DNA from: an uncultured Acidobacteriota bacterium
GTDB lineage: Bacteria; Acidobacteriota; Thermoanaerobaculia; Gp7-AA8
Assembly (NCBI GenBank): GCA_963758195.1
Contig: CAVWUH010000002.1
Coordinates: forward strand, 2,061,560-2,125,559
Reading direction: 5' to 3'
Length of the DNA stretch: 64,000 nt
Shown here: positions 45,571 to 54,151 of the stretch, in pieces
Position numbering within the stretch: position 1 is the stretch's first letter
Layout: every line of letters starts with the position of its first letter
Notes under the pieces: model-generated
What the model saw: only the letters and a program-made list of their open reading frames with translations
Told to the model about the DNA's origin: nothing
The model's database searches: none
Position numbers and translations under genes: made by a program

Positions 45571-46440
45571 TCAGAGCGGAACGTTGCCACGAACAGCCCA
45601 CGCTCGCGCGGTCAAAGAGAGCGAGTGGTCGACGTCGTGCGGCAGACGCTCGCGCAAACGTTCGCGCAATCGCTCCCGATCGGCATCGTTCAGCGAAGCC
45701 ACATACGCCGGCGCCGGGCCGGCTCCGCCGAGAAAGCTTTGCCAGTACTCGTCGAAACTCGCGAACGGCGTTGGGATCTCGATCGCTGTCACCTCGACAC
45801 CAGTCACTCCGCTTTCGTCAAAGAGCGTCTCGAGCGCCTCGGCGTGACACAAGGGGAATCGATAGCCTTCGTCGAGCGCTTCCGCCGATCGATCGAGCGC
45901 CGTCGCCGCATCCCAGAAGTACCGCATGAGCTGCATGCCCTTCGCGTAATCCCAGACGTACGCGGCGATCTGCCCACCGGGCGCCGCGACTCTCTGCATC
46001 TCCACGAGCGCACTCGCGGAGTCCGGAACGAAATTCAACGCGAGTCCGGACACCACGACATCGACCGCGTCATCCGGAAGCGGAATCGCATTCGCGGTTC
46101 CTTCGAGGAGCACGACCTCGTGCGGCAGCGCATTCCGCGCCGTCTCGAGAAAATCACGCGATGGCTCGACCCCGGTGAGCGCCGCGGGCGCACAGCCATC
46201 GAGAATCGCCGCGCAGAGCGCTCCGGTTCCGCATCCGACGTCCAGCCAGCGTCGTTTCGGAGGAACGCCGAGCCACGCAAGGAAGAGCGGCGCGACACGG
46301 CGGCTCCATCGGCCCACGTATCGTTCGTAGCTGTCGCCGCGTTTCCACGAATCGGAGATTCCGCTGGTCGTCACGAGTGATCGCCAATTATGCAAGCTCT
46401 CAGTTGTCAATGATGGAGCGACGCGATATATCGCGCTCAT
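45571..46440 (-). CDS. Class I SAM-dependent methyltransferase
   Basis: Motif I LDVGCGTGA and motif post-I/II VVVSGLALNFV. The start is taken at the internal ATG (MSAIYRV). Confidence 0.7.
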   Translation of the reverse strand: MSAIYRVAPSLTTESLHNWRSLVTTSGISDSWKRGDSYERYVGRWSRRVAPLFLAWLGVPPKRRWLDVGCGTGALCAAILDGCAPAALTGVEPSRDFLETARNALPHEVVLLEGTANAIPLPDDAVDVVVSGLALNFVPDSASALVEMQRVAAPGGQIAAYVWDYAKGMQLMRYFWDAATALDRSAEALDEGYRFPLCHAEALETLFDESGVTGVEVTAIEIPTPFASFDEYWQSFLGGAGPAPAYVASLNDADRERLRERLRERLPHDVDHSLSLTARAWAVRGNVPL

Positions 46441-46579
46441 GAACGCTCGAGAGGTTCTGCGCCGCGCGGCACGGACTCTCGCTGCCGCCGCGCGGCTTTG
46501 CGCGCGTGAGCCGCGCTTGCTGCTGATGAGCGTGCGCACGCATTCTAGTGGAGGGGATTTCGCTGAATTGGACCCGCGT

Positions 46580-47101
46580 CTACGACTTGCCCCATCCGGG
46601 CAGAGCCGCCGCCTGCCGAATCCACTTCACCATCTGCGCCTCATCGAGATCATCTTTGTGGACGTCGATCCAGCGCGCCTCCTTGGCCTTGCCTCCCGAC
46701 GGCGCGGGTCGCAGCGATGTGCCTTGGAAGAAGGTCACCTTGAGGAAGTTCGTGAAGGCATGGAAGCTCACGAACCAGCCCTGGCCCTCGATGCCATAGA
46801 AGGGCGAGTTCCATTTCACCGCCTTGCGCAAGCCAGGGACGGTGCGCGTGATGATCGCGTCGAGTCGGCGTCCGACGTCGCCCTTCCAGCCCGGTAGCGC
46901 GGCGAGGTAGTCCTGCACGGGCGCGTCGCCATCGGCCTTCGCGATCTGAGGATTTCCGCCCGAGAGAAGCACCGGCTTCGCGGCCCGCGCGGGAGACTTG
47001 CTCTTGGTTGCCGTGGATCGCCGGCTTTTGCCTGCCGCTGCCTTGCTTGCGCGTTTAGTAGCCATTGCTCTCTCCGTCTGTTCGTCGCTGACACGTGCCA
47101 T
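46580..47101 (-). CDS. DUF1801 (YdhG-like) protein with a Lys/Ala/Ser-rich N-terminal tail
   Basis: VKWNSPFYGIEGQGWFVSFHAFTNFLKVTFFQGTSL. The N-terminal tail is KRASKAAAGKSRRSTATKSKSPARAAKP. Confidence 0.55.
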   Translation of the reverse strand: MARVSDEQTERAMATKRASKAAAGKSRRSTATKSKSPARAAKPVLLSGGNPQIAKADGDAPVQDYLAALPGWKGDVGRRLDAIITRTVPGLRKAVKWNSPFYGIEGQGWFVSFHAFTNFLKVTFFQGTSLRPAPSGGKAKEARWIDVHKDDLDEAQMVKWIRQAAALPGWGKS

Positions 47102-47140
47102 TACGCCGGCAATGGCACTCCATGTTCGTCCGAAAGACGA

Positions 47141-47701
47141 TCAACGCCGCACCTCGTAACGAAGGTCGACCACACCGTTCTTATAGCCCTTGAGCTCCAT
47201 GAGATGAAGGGCGATGTCTCTGTCGAGCTTCTCGAAGAATCGAATCCCGTCGCCAATCAGGACCGGCAAGATCGAATAACGAACTTCGTCGGCAAGGCCA
47301 AGACGAAGGCATTCCGCGGAGACCATCCCACCTCCGACGAACCAGATGTTGCGGAACGCCGGCCGCAGGCGTTCATTCACGAACCGCGCGAGATCGCCCT
47401 CGTGAAACTCGACGGTATCGCGGGTCCTCGGCAGTTTGCGGCTCGTGAGGACGAACGTCGGTTTGTCGCCATAGGACCAACCAAGCCCCTGCGCTTCAAA
47501 GCGAAGCGCGGTCTCGTAGGTTCGCGATCCCATGACATAGCAGTCGATCGTCGCGAGGAAGGCCTCGATGAATCCGGGATCCATGCTCTCGCCGCCTGCG
47601 AATTCGTCCGAGGTCTCGAGCCAGTCGACGCGCCCATCCTTGCGTGCGATGAAGCCGTCCAGGCTCGCGGCCATGTGAATCGTTACGTGAGAATCGCTCA
47701 T
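47141..47701 (-). CDS. Dihydrofolate-reductase-like (RibD C-terminal domain) protein
   Basis: VTIHMAASLDGFIARKDGRVDWL and NIWFVGGGMVSAECLRLGLADE. Confidence 0.7.
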   Translation of the reverse strand: MSDSHVTIHMAASLDGFIARKDGRVDWLETSDEFAGGESMDPGFIEAFLATIDCYVMGSRTYETALRFEAQGLGWSYGDKPTFVLTSRKLPRTRDTVEFHEGDLARFVNERLRPAFRNIWFVGGGMVSAECLRLGLADEVRYSILPVLIGDGIRFFEKLDRDIALHLMELKGYKNGVVDLRYEVRR

Positions 47702-47749
47702 CGTCAGCGATTCTGATCGATCTCTTTCTTTTCGCAACCCCGCATCGCG

Positions 47750-48901
47750 TCAATGGCGCGCGGATCGTCTTCGTGGAGGCCGGGACGGCGCCATTCGATA
47801 AACAGCTCCGGCATGATCGACCAGATACAGTTCGCCTGAATCGTCTTCTCCGAACGAGACGATTTGCTTCCCTGTATCTTGCGTTTCGATTGCTGCCCAT
47901 GAACCGTCGGGACGCTGGATCGCGCTCCACAGCTTTCCAGAGCACCAATCGCCGTAGAAGTACACACCCGTCCATTGAGGCCAGAGATTGCCCCGATAGC
48001 GATATCCGCCCGTGACGGAGCAACCGGAGATGTGTGAGTACTCCAGCGCAGGCAAGACGTAGCCGTTGGTCGAACAGATCGATCCGGGTGGAAAGCAATG
48101 ATCACCCTCGAGCACGGGCCAGCCGAAATTCGCATGCTTCGCTTCAGCAAGCGTCAGTACGTTGATCTCCTCCCAGGAATCCTGGCCAACATCCGCCAGG
48201 TACAACGCACCGGTGCTCCGGTCGAAGCTGTATCGCCACGGATTGCGCAGCCCGAACGACCAGATTTCTTCCCGTGCGCCGGCCACGCCGGCGAAGGGAT
48301 TGTCCGGCGGAATTGCGTAACCTGTAGAGCGACTGACGTCGATGCGCAAGAGCTTGCCGAGGACGTGTGTGAGCTCTTGGGCGCGATGGGTGACCGTGAC
48401 GAACGCACCGCCATCGCCGATCGAAACATAGAGCATCCCGTCCGGCCCGAACTGGAGCGTTCCTCCGTGGTGGTTGGGAACGTTGTCGGCCGGCTGATCC
48501 GCCACCAGCAAAATCTCCAGGCTGCTGAACTCAGCAACCTGCCGCTGCGGCGCCAGCACCCGCGCCAACACCGTGTCCCCATTCAGATCGACATACAGAA
48601 CGTAAAGCCGCCCATTGGAAACGAAGTGTGGATCGAAGGCGACACTGAGCAGCCCACCATTGAAGCAGCATCCGACGATCGGCGAGAGATCGAGAAACGT
48701 CGTCGGCGCAACGCCCGCCTGCTGGAACCGAAGTATGGTGCCGGGCAGTTGCGCGACGAAGAACGTCGAGCTGCCGTCATGCGCCGTAACGACCTGAACC
48801 GGCTGGTCGAGTCCAGTAGCGATCGGCTCCAATACGACTGCACCTCTCGCGGGAATCACTACGAAAAGGATCAGCAGAATGACGGAGGCAAGCCGGGACA
48901 T
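47750..48901 (-). CDS. PQQ-dependent soluble sugar (glucose/sorbosone) dehydrogenase, secreted
   Basis: Signal peptide, then NHHGGTLQFGPDGMLYVSIGDGG and FGLRNPWRYSFD beta-propeller motifs. Confidence 0.8.
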   Translation of the reverse strand: MSRLASVILLILFVVIPARGAVVLEPIATGLDQPVQVVTAHDGSSTFFVAQLPGTILRFQQAGVAPTTFLDLSPIVGCCFNGGLLSVAFDPHFVSNGRLYVLYVDLNGDTVLARVLAPQRQVAEFSSLEILLVADQPADNVPNHHGGTLQFGPDGMLYVSIGDGGAFVTVTHRAQELTHVLGKLLRIDVSRSTGYAIPPDNPFAGVAGAREEIWSFGLRNPWRYSFDRSTGALYLADVGQDSWEEINVLTLAEAKHANFGWPVLEGDHCFPPGSICSTNGYVLPALEYSHISGCSVTGGYRYRGNLWPQWTGVYFYGDWCSGKLWSAIQRPDGSWAAIETQDTGKQIVSFGEDDSGELYLVDHAGAVYRMAPSRPPRRRSARH

Positions 48902-49027
48902 GAACGTAGTACGGCGCGTCGCTCGCCTGCGTCCACGACGACGACAACGGCTATTTTGTGGACAAATCGAGGGCCAGCAGAATCTTCCTGGTCATACGCA
49001 CGACGATGAGGATCACGGCGCAACACG

Positions 49028-49594
49028 ATGCTACGATTGAAGGTCTCAATGGCACGCGCAACTCCCGTCAGGAAGGCAGCGGGCAAATCGGCTGAGAAAC
49101 CAGACGCCAAGCCTGTCGCCAATGCGAAGTCGAAGGCACGCACGCCCAGTAAGCGCAGGGGCGTGCAAGTCCTGACCACACTGCCGGTCGCCATGACTGG
49201 CAGGGCAAGTCCCGCGAAGGCCAAGGACGGGGACGAGCCGGTTTTTGCTTATATCCGCAGCCTGCCGCAGCCGCAACGCGGCATCGCCGAACGCGTCGAT
49301 GCTCTGGCGGCCAAAACGCTGCCGGCCTTGCAGCGCTCCGTGAAGTGGGGCATGGCCTGGTATGGCGTCGGCGACGGCTGGTGCTTCTCGTGCGGCGGCT
49401 TCGCCGGCCACGTCAAACTCACGTTCGGACGCGGCACCTCACTCGAGCCCGTGCCACCGATTACACCGATTGGGATGGGCAAGGACTCGCGGGGCGTGGA
49501 CCTCGAATCGTTGGACGACCTCAACGAACGCCAGATCGCGTCGTGGATGAAACAGGCCACGGCCATACCTGGCTTCGGTGGGAAGAAGCGATAA
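49028..49594 (+). CDS. DUF1801 (YdhG-like) paralogue with a Lys-rich N-terminal tail
   Basis: VKWGMAWYGVGDGWCFSCGGFAGHVKLTFGRGTSL parallels the protein encoded at 46580-47101. Confidence 0.55.
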   Translation: MLRLKVSMARATPVRKAAGKSAEKPDAKPVANAKSKARTPSKRRGVQVLTTLPVAMTGRASPAKAKDGDEPVFAYIRSLPQPQRGIAERVDALAAKTLPALQRSVKWGMAWYGVGDGWCFSCGGFAGHVKLTFGRGTSLEPVPPITPIGMGKDSRGVDLESLDDLNERQIASWMKQATAIPGFGGKKR

Positions 49595-49737
49595 GCGCGG
49601 CAAAGGTCGGTAAGGTCAGGTCGCGCAGCGCAAAAGTCGTCGCGCTATACAGGCCAGCGAAGTCGCCGCACCCTGGAGATACGAGCAGAAATCACAAGGC
49701 CAGCGGTAGTTCGCGCAGCTGAACCTGGGGCGCCGTG

Positions 49738-50559
49738 TCAGCCCGCGTCGCCACGCGCCCGCGAGTGTTCTCTTGCGCTTGACCTTCGAGCGGACAGCAG
49801 CACCGCGACTGCCAGAGAGACGTTGATGACAGCAGCAGACGCCAATACCGCGCTTGACTGCCCTACGGTGATGCCCCCTCTGAACTGCGGCATGAAGGTG
49901 GTCATGCCGGTGTGACGGAGACCAAGAACCTCCTGGGCGACGTTCATTCCGACGTGAAAGGCCAGAACGAGTGGAACGCTCTGCCAGCGCACAAACAGCG
50001 CCGCGTAGATGAGCGCCGAGGTCAATACTCCGGCGAGAGCGTTCGGCCACGGAACCCCGGCCTGGATGTGTAAGACAGTGAAAAGAAGCGAGGTTGAGAC
50101 GATGGCAATGAGCGTTCCGTAAGATCGCCTGAGAAGAAGAAACAGGTAGCTCCGATAGACCAACTCCTCGGCAAGATTGTTAAAGACGACGAAGGTGAAT
50201 GATCCCGCCGCTGCCGACGCGTGGAAAGACGGCGCGACTTGCCAGGACACGGGTAGGAACCAACGCATGGCAATGATCCACGCGCCGACCGTGATCGCTC
50301 CAGCAATGAAAGCAATCGTCGCTTGACGGAGCCGCAGAACGGGCCTGTCGAATCCGACCTCCGCGAGCGATCTCCCCTCGGCCTCAAGAAAACGCCAGTT
50401 GATGAGGAGCGCGGCGAGTGCAAGAACAATGGCTGGGACGGCGGCGCTGAATGGACCGATCTTCCCGCTCAGAACATTGAGAAGAAAGAGGTACCCAACC
50501 ACTGCAATCGCCGCAAGGACGAGAAAGAAGAACGCTAAAAGTAGCGGACTGCGACGCAC
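49738..50559 (-). CDS. CPBP-family (CAAX) intramembrane metalloprotease
   Basis: Multi-TM protein with motifs AEELVYRSYLF and FTVLHI. Confidence 0.75.
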   Translation of the reverse strand: MRRSPLLLAFFFLVLAAIAVVGYLFLLNVLSGKIGPFSAAVPAIVLALAALLINWRFLEAEGRSLAEVGFDRPVLRLRQATIAFIAGAITVGAWIIAMRWFLPVSWQVAPSFHASAAAGSFTFVVFNNLAEELVYRSYLFLLLRRSYGTLIAIVSTSLLFTVLHIQAGVPWPNALAGVLTSALIYAALFVRWQSVPLVLAFHVGMNVAQEVLGLRHTGMTTFMPQFRGGITVGQSSAVLASAAVINVSLAVAVLLSARRSSAREHSRARGDAG

Positions 50560-50655
50560 TCGACCGAGCGTACCAGAACGGTTCCGGAGGTTGATTACGA
50601 GGGAACTGCGCAGCGGCCCTTGAAATTGTGGCCATCACGACACCTCCCTCTGTGC

Positions 50656-51813
50656 TTACTCGATCCGAAATTCCTGCTTGATGTCGTAGCTCTCGCCCGT
50701 CGCGGACTCGTCGATCAGAACCGTGAGCGTGTACCGGCCGGCGGCGAGTGTGGAAAACGGGAGCGGGCCTCGCAGGATGTAGCACCCGGGTCGTGAGGCC
50801 ATCCGCACCGGCTTCAGTTCCTTCTCCCGTGTCACTCGGTCCGTCGAAGTTCCGTCCAGCGGACCAGCGATGAGCACCTGGAACGTCAGCGCAGGAACTT
50901 CCGGCTTGGATGCGCAAAACTGAACCGTCCAGGTGGCGTCGTCACGGTTTTTGAAAACAGTATCGGAATGGGCTGCTGCGAACGGATCCGTTGCAGATCG
51001 TGCATCGATCGATCCGCTTCGGAGCAGGGTCAGATGCGATAACGGCGGCGCGCCGCTGCCGGCAACCGCAGGCTCGTCGATCTCGGCCGCCGCCGGTGTC
51101 TTCTCGGTTGCCTCGGGAGCCGCAGGGATCGCGGAGGGGGTGCCCGGTGGCTGTGTCTTGGGCGTTGGCGTGACGGGATCCACTCCACCCGTCAGCGCCC
51201 ATGCCGGAACCTCGGTGAGATCGGCACTGGCGATCGCTTTTCGAATGGCCACGGAATTGGCGCGTCCGAAGTCGGTGCGCCCTGGGTCACGCTGATGTCT
51301 GTCTGTCGACGGATCCTCGACGAAGACCACCTCGACTCGCGACATGTCGAACTTCTGCGCGTCTGCGCGCTCCCAGACCCAGATGTCGCGCGCGCCCTTC
51401 GCAGTGTCTGCGACGCCCATCTGGTCGTTGGTCTGACCGGCGATCCTGGTGGCGGCACCCAGTACGATGTAGACGCGGCCGCGGTCTGTCAACGCTCCCC
51501 GCTTGTTTTTTTCGATGAATGTCTTGTCCGCGTAGGCCACCCGTGCGTTGAACTCGTCCTTGAACTCGTTGACCGGTGTGCCGGGCGACGGGTCGCGGCG
51601 AGCCCAGAAGAGGTCGATGAAATGATTGGCCTCCTCGTCGGTCTTCACCTTGCGCCAGGCGCGCTGCTCATCCGAAGTCATGATCCACTGCGCCGGCCCC
51701 TTGCCCCACTCCTCGAGTTTCGGCGAGAGCGCTGCGAATGCTGAAGAGGCGATGACGCAAAGCAGGGTGAGACCGATGAATGCCTTCAAACTCTGTCCTG
51801 GTGCGCTGACCAT
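50656..51813 (-). CDS. GWxTD-domain protein, secreted
   Basis: Signal peptide. FIDLFWARRDP and RGALTDRGRVYIVLG are the GWxTD-domain signature, with A in place of W. Confidence 0.7.
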   Translation of the reverse strand: MVSAPGQSLKAFIGLTLLCVIASSAFAALSPKLEEWGKGPAQWIMTSDEQRAWRKVKTDEEANHFIDLFWARRDPSPGTPVNEFKDEFNARVAYADKTFIEKNKRGALTDRGRVYIVLGAATRIAGQTNDQMGVADTAKGARDIWVWERADAQKFDMSRVEVVFVEDPSTDRHQRDPGRTDFGRANSVAIRKAIASADLTEVPAWALTGGVDPVTPTPKTQPPGTPSAIPAAPEATEKTPAAAEIDEPAVAGSGAPPLSHLTLLRSGSIDARSATDPFAAAHSDTVFKNRDDATWTVQFCASKPEVPALTFQVLIAGPLDGTSTDRVTREKELKPVRMASRPGCYILRGPLPFSTLAAGRYTLTVLIDESATGESYDIKQEFRIE

Positions 51814-51830
51814 GATGGATCTCCGTTCGC

Positions 51831-51863
51831 GGATGACGAAGTCGGCTCCGGCGCCGAATCAGC
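51831..51863 (-). repeat. attC remnant (ORF-proximal arm only) marking the distal end of the array
   Basis: GGATGACGAAGTCGGCTCCGGCGCCGAATCAGC closely matches the right arm of the attC at 55352-55447 (GGGAAGTCGGCTCCAGCGCCGAGTTGGAC). No left arm is present, and it abuts the GWxTD gene start. Confidence 0.6.
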
Positions 51864-52335
51864 TGCGGCCCCGTTTGAAAGGTACGTTGTGTTCTCGAAG
51901 TGTCGCGGATGCAAGTTCGACCAGGTGATCGTGCTTGAACTGGTACCAGGCCTCGGTTCGACCGACCGATTCGAGAACGGCGCGAAACGCGCGGAAAGCG
52001 CCTCGCCCCCGAATGGCATTCTGGAGATTTGACGAGAGTGGCTCTCGCTGCTGGTCTGCGAATGCCTCCATGAAGGTCCACTCGTGAATCTCAAATTTGT
52101 CGGGCATGGCGATCCACTTACCGTCTCGTTCGGCGATTTCGCGAAGTTTCGCGACGTCTTCGGGTGACCATTCCCACTCGAAGCCATCTGTCTCGTCGCC
52201 CTCCTCGATCACCCCCATGTCGGAATTCAGCACGGTGAGGAACTCGCCTGTCTCACGGCTGACGTATACACGCGCTTCTTCCGGTAAGCAGTCAAGTTCC
52301 TCGGCAAGAGCGTCGATCGGAACCGGTAAGGTCAT
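51859..52335 (-). CDS. UPF0158-family protein (last cassette)
   Basis: YVSRETGEFLTV, WIAMPDKFEIHEWTFMEAF and NAIRGRGAFRAFRAVLE...WYQF fit the UPF0158 pattern. The family assignment is from memory. Confidence 0.6.
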   Translation of the reverse strand: MTLPVPIDALAEELDCLPEEARVYVSRETGEFLTVLNSDMGVIEEGDETDGFEWEWSPEDVAKLREIAERDGKWIAMPDKFEIHEWTFMEAFADQQREPLSSNLQNAIRGRGAFRAFRAVLESVGRTEAWYQFKHDHLVELASATLREHNVPFKRGRS

Positions 52336-52345
52336 GGCGACAAGC

Positions 52346-52444
52346 GGCTAACGTCTCCAGCTGACCGGCTTCGGCCCACGCGGAGAACGTGAAAGTAAGC
52401 GTATCAGACGGCGGGCCGAAGTCCGGTCCAACGTTGAGTTAGGT
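52346..52444 (-). repeat. Integron attC site
   Basis: GGCTAAC...GACCGGCTTCGGCCC // GGGCCGAAG-T-CCGGTC...GTTAGGT. The GTTAGGT core is duplicated at 52449-52455. Confidence 0.8.
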
Positions 52445-52496
52445 AGGAGTTAGGTGGCCTGTGTGCCAGCGCCGAGAACTTCGGCCGGCGGAGATG

Positions 52497-53008
52497 CTAT
52501 TGGATGGGCAAGCCAGGCTGAAAGACGTTCTCGAAGTTCTGCTGCGCCGGTTCCAACAACTCGCTTTGGAATTGCGATCCACTCCCATCCGGGCGGATAA
52601 GCAGGAAGAACTCAGCATTCTCTGTTGCACGCGTGAAGTCACACCACGGGAATCGTGCGTCGACGTGGTTGCACCATGTGCGCGCCCTAGTGTCGTCGAG
52701 TTCAATAAAGTGTGTCTCGAGTGAGTGCTTGTCCGCGGCCCGAAGCCTTGCCACTCGTGCTTTCGCGTGCGCCTGAGATCCGAATATAAACGCGACGATC
52801 GCTCCGGCGGCAATCACTGTCGTGACGGCAGCGGTAGTGGCGCCAGCACATAGGCAGCAATCACAACGGCGAAGCAGACGCCGAACGAGATGACGCCGCC
52901 ACGATCTGGCGGAAGACTCTCTCTGATGAGTGCCTGACAGCCTTTGAAGGACTCCCCAGGAAGGGGGCGAATCTCGAATCGCACGAAACTTGACAATGTG
53001 ATAGCCAC
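52497..53008 (-). CDS. Cassette ORF, membrane-anchored hypothetical, 1 frame break near 52830-52870
   Basis: The N-terminal part with its TM helix (VISFGVCFAVVIAAYVLAPL) is in ORF 52814-53008. The continuation (VTTVIAAGAIVAFIFGSQAHAKARV...NVFQPGLPIQ) is in ORF 52497-53147. Confidence 0.5.
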
Positions 53009-53038
53009 CCAACGTCGGGTGCAGCGGCCTAGTTGGGC
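53007..53038 (-). repeat. Truncated attC (core plus one arm)
   Basis: ACCCAAC-GTCGGGTGCAGCGGCCTA-GTTGGGC resembles the right arm of the attC at 53570-53671 fused directly to a left core. Confidence 0.5.
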
Positions 53039-53067
53039 CGCCGTTTCTAGCGCGTTCCAAGGGAGCG

Positions 53068-53550
53068 CTACTTTCTGCGAGGCGGAACTTGAATGATGAG
53101 CGTCCGTTCGTGATTACGCCCGGAAGTTGAGAAATCCGATGCGGCAACTACTTTGAACTCGACAGGCGCCAGCCCTCGGCCGTGCTCCAGGCGCGCGTAG
53201 AACCCGGCAGGAGCACCACCGTGCATGAACCATTCGCTCGGAATGTCCCCGACTCGAAACCCAGCGCGGTCGAAGGCCCCGCGTGGTTCGATATTCGTCA
53301 CTCCAAAGAACCTAATGTCTCGACCATCGTAGTTGCCGGTCTTCACCATTCCCGTGCTGAAACCGAGGTCACTTTGCAGATCAGGCGCGGCAAACCGAAG
53401 CCAGTACCATTCGTCAATCGCGCGATCGTAGACACTGAAGGCGAGCAAGAAGAGCAGGAGTATCAGCGTGCCGCCGACATACACCAACCTGCGAATGTGC
53501 GCGGTGAAGGAAGTCCCGAGAACGTCCATCTTCGCATCTACCTTCGTCAT
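53068..53550 (-). CDS. Cassette ORF, membrane-anchored hypothetical (possible PDZ-like domain)
   Basis: N-terminal TM helix LVYVGGTLILLLFLLAFSV. The segment GVTNIEPRGAFDRAGFRVGDI is PDZ-like. Confidence 0.55.
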   Translation of the reverse strand: MTKVDAKMDVLGTSFTAHIRRLVYVGGTLILLLFLLAFSVYDRAIDEWYWLRFAAPDLQSDLGFSTGMVKTGNYDGRDIRFFGVTNIEPRGAFDRAGFRVGDIPSEWFMHGGAPAGFYARLEHGRGLAPVEFKVVAASDFSTSGRNHERTLIIQVPPRRK

Positions 53551-53569
53551 TTCGCGTAACCCCCGGTCG

Positions 53570-53671
53570 GCCTAACGGCCTGCCGCTTAGCCGCAGTAAC
53601 CGCACGCGAAAGAGTACCAAGCAACGACACTCGCGGTGCGGTTGACGTCGGCTGCAGCGGCCGAGTTAGGC
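53570..53671 (-). repeat. Integron attC site
   Basis: GCCTAAC...GTTAGGC. The TAA stop of the upstream cassette ORF (53666-53668) lies inside the core. Confidence 0.8.
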
Positions 53672-54151
53672 GTCTGCCCCCGATGACCACCAGTCGATGA
53701 CCGATTCTGGCGAAACACCGTTGGCAATCAAAGCTGAATTGATTTGTCGTCCCTGCGCCTCTGGAAACTCGCTGCCCAAATAGACGCCTCCGAAGGCCTC
53801 TCGAAATCTGGCATTCGAGGAGATCTCGTCTAGCACGCGGTCAAGAAATTCGACACCGCGATACCACATGAATGTCTCAAGACATCCGGCGCCGATCATT
53901 CCCAGATCAAGCTCGTGGCACCGCGCGATCGATGCGCGCAGAATCTGCCAGCAGGCACCTGGATCAGTCTGGATAAGGTCATCGACCTCTTCGCACGCGT
54001 CGCCGTGAGGATTCTCAACTGAGCGTCTCTTCATTTCCTCGAGCATCACCTGGGCTTCTTCGCGTGTGCTCGGTAATAGACCAGATGGGCGAATGTGCTC
54101 AAGATATCCGAGGTATCCGCTGACAATTTTCTCTTGCTCATCGCGTGTCAT
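53666..54151 (-). CDS. Cassette ORF, hypothetical (161 aa)
   Basis: Clean ORF bounded by attC sites. No recognisable family. Confidence 0.6.
   Translation of the reverse strand: MTRDEQEKIVSGYLGYLEHIRPSGLLPSTREEAQVMLEEMKRRSVENPHGDACEEVDDLIQTDPGACWQILRASIARCHELDLGMIGAGCLETFMWYRGVEFLDRVLDEISSNARFREAFGGVYLGSEFPEAQGRQINSALIANGVSPESVIDWWSSGADA

Noticed and set aside
52439-53147. ORFs 52439-52813 and the N-terminal 100 codons of ORF 52497-53147, considered as separate genes.
   Set aside because: The first is an out-of-frame overlap of the cassette gene. The upstream part of the second reads through the half attC and the preceding cassette's 3' end. Only the 52497 to about 52850 portion joins sensibly with ORF 52814-53008.
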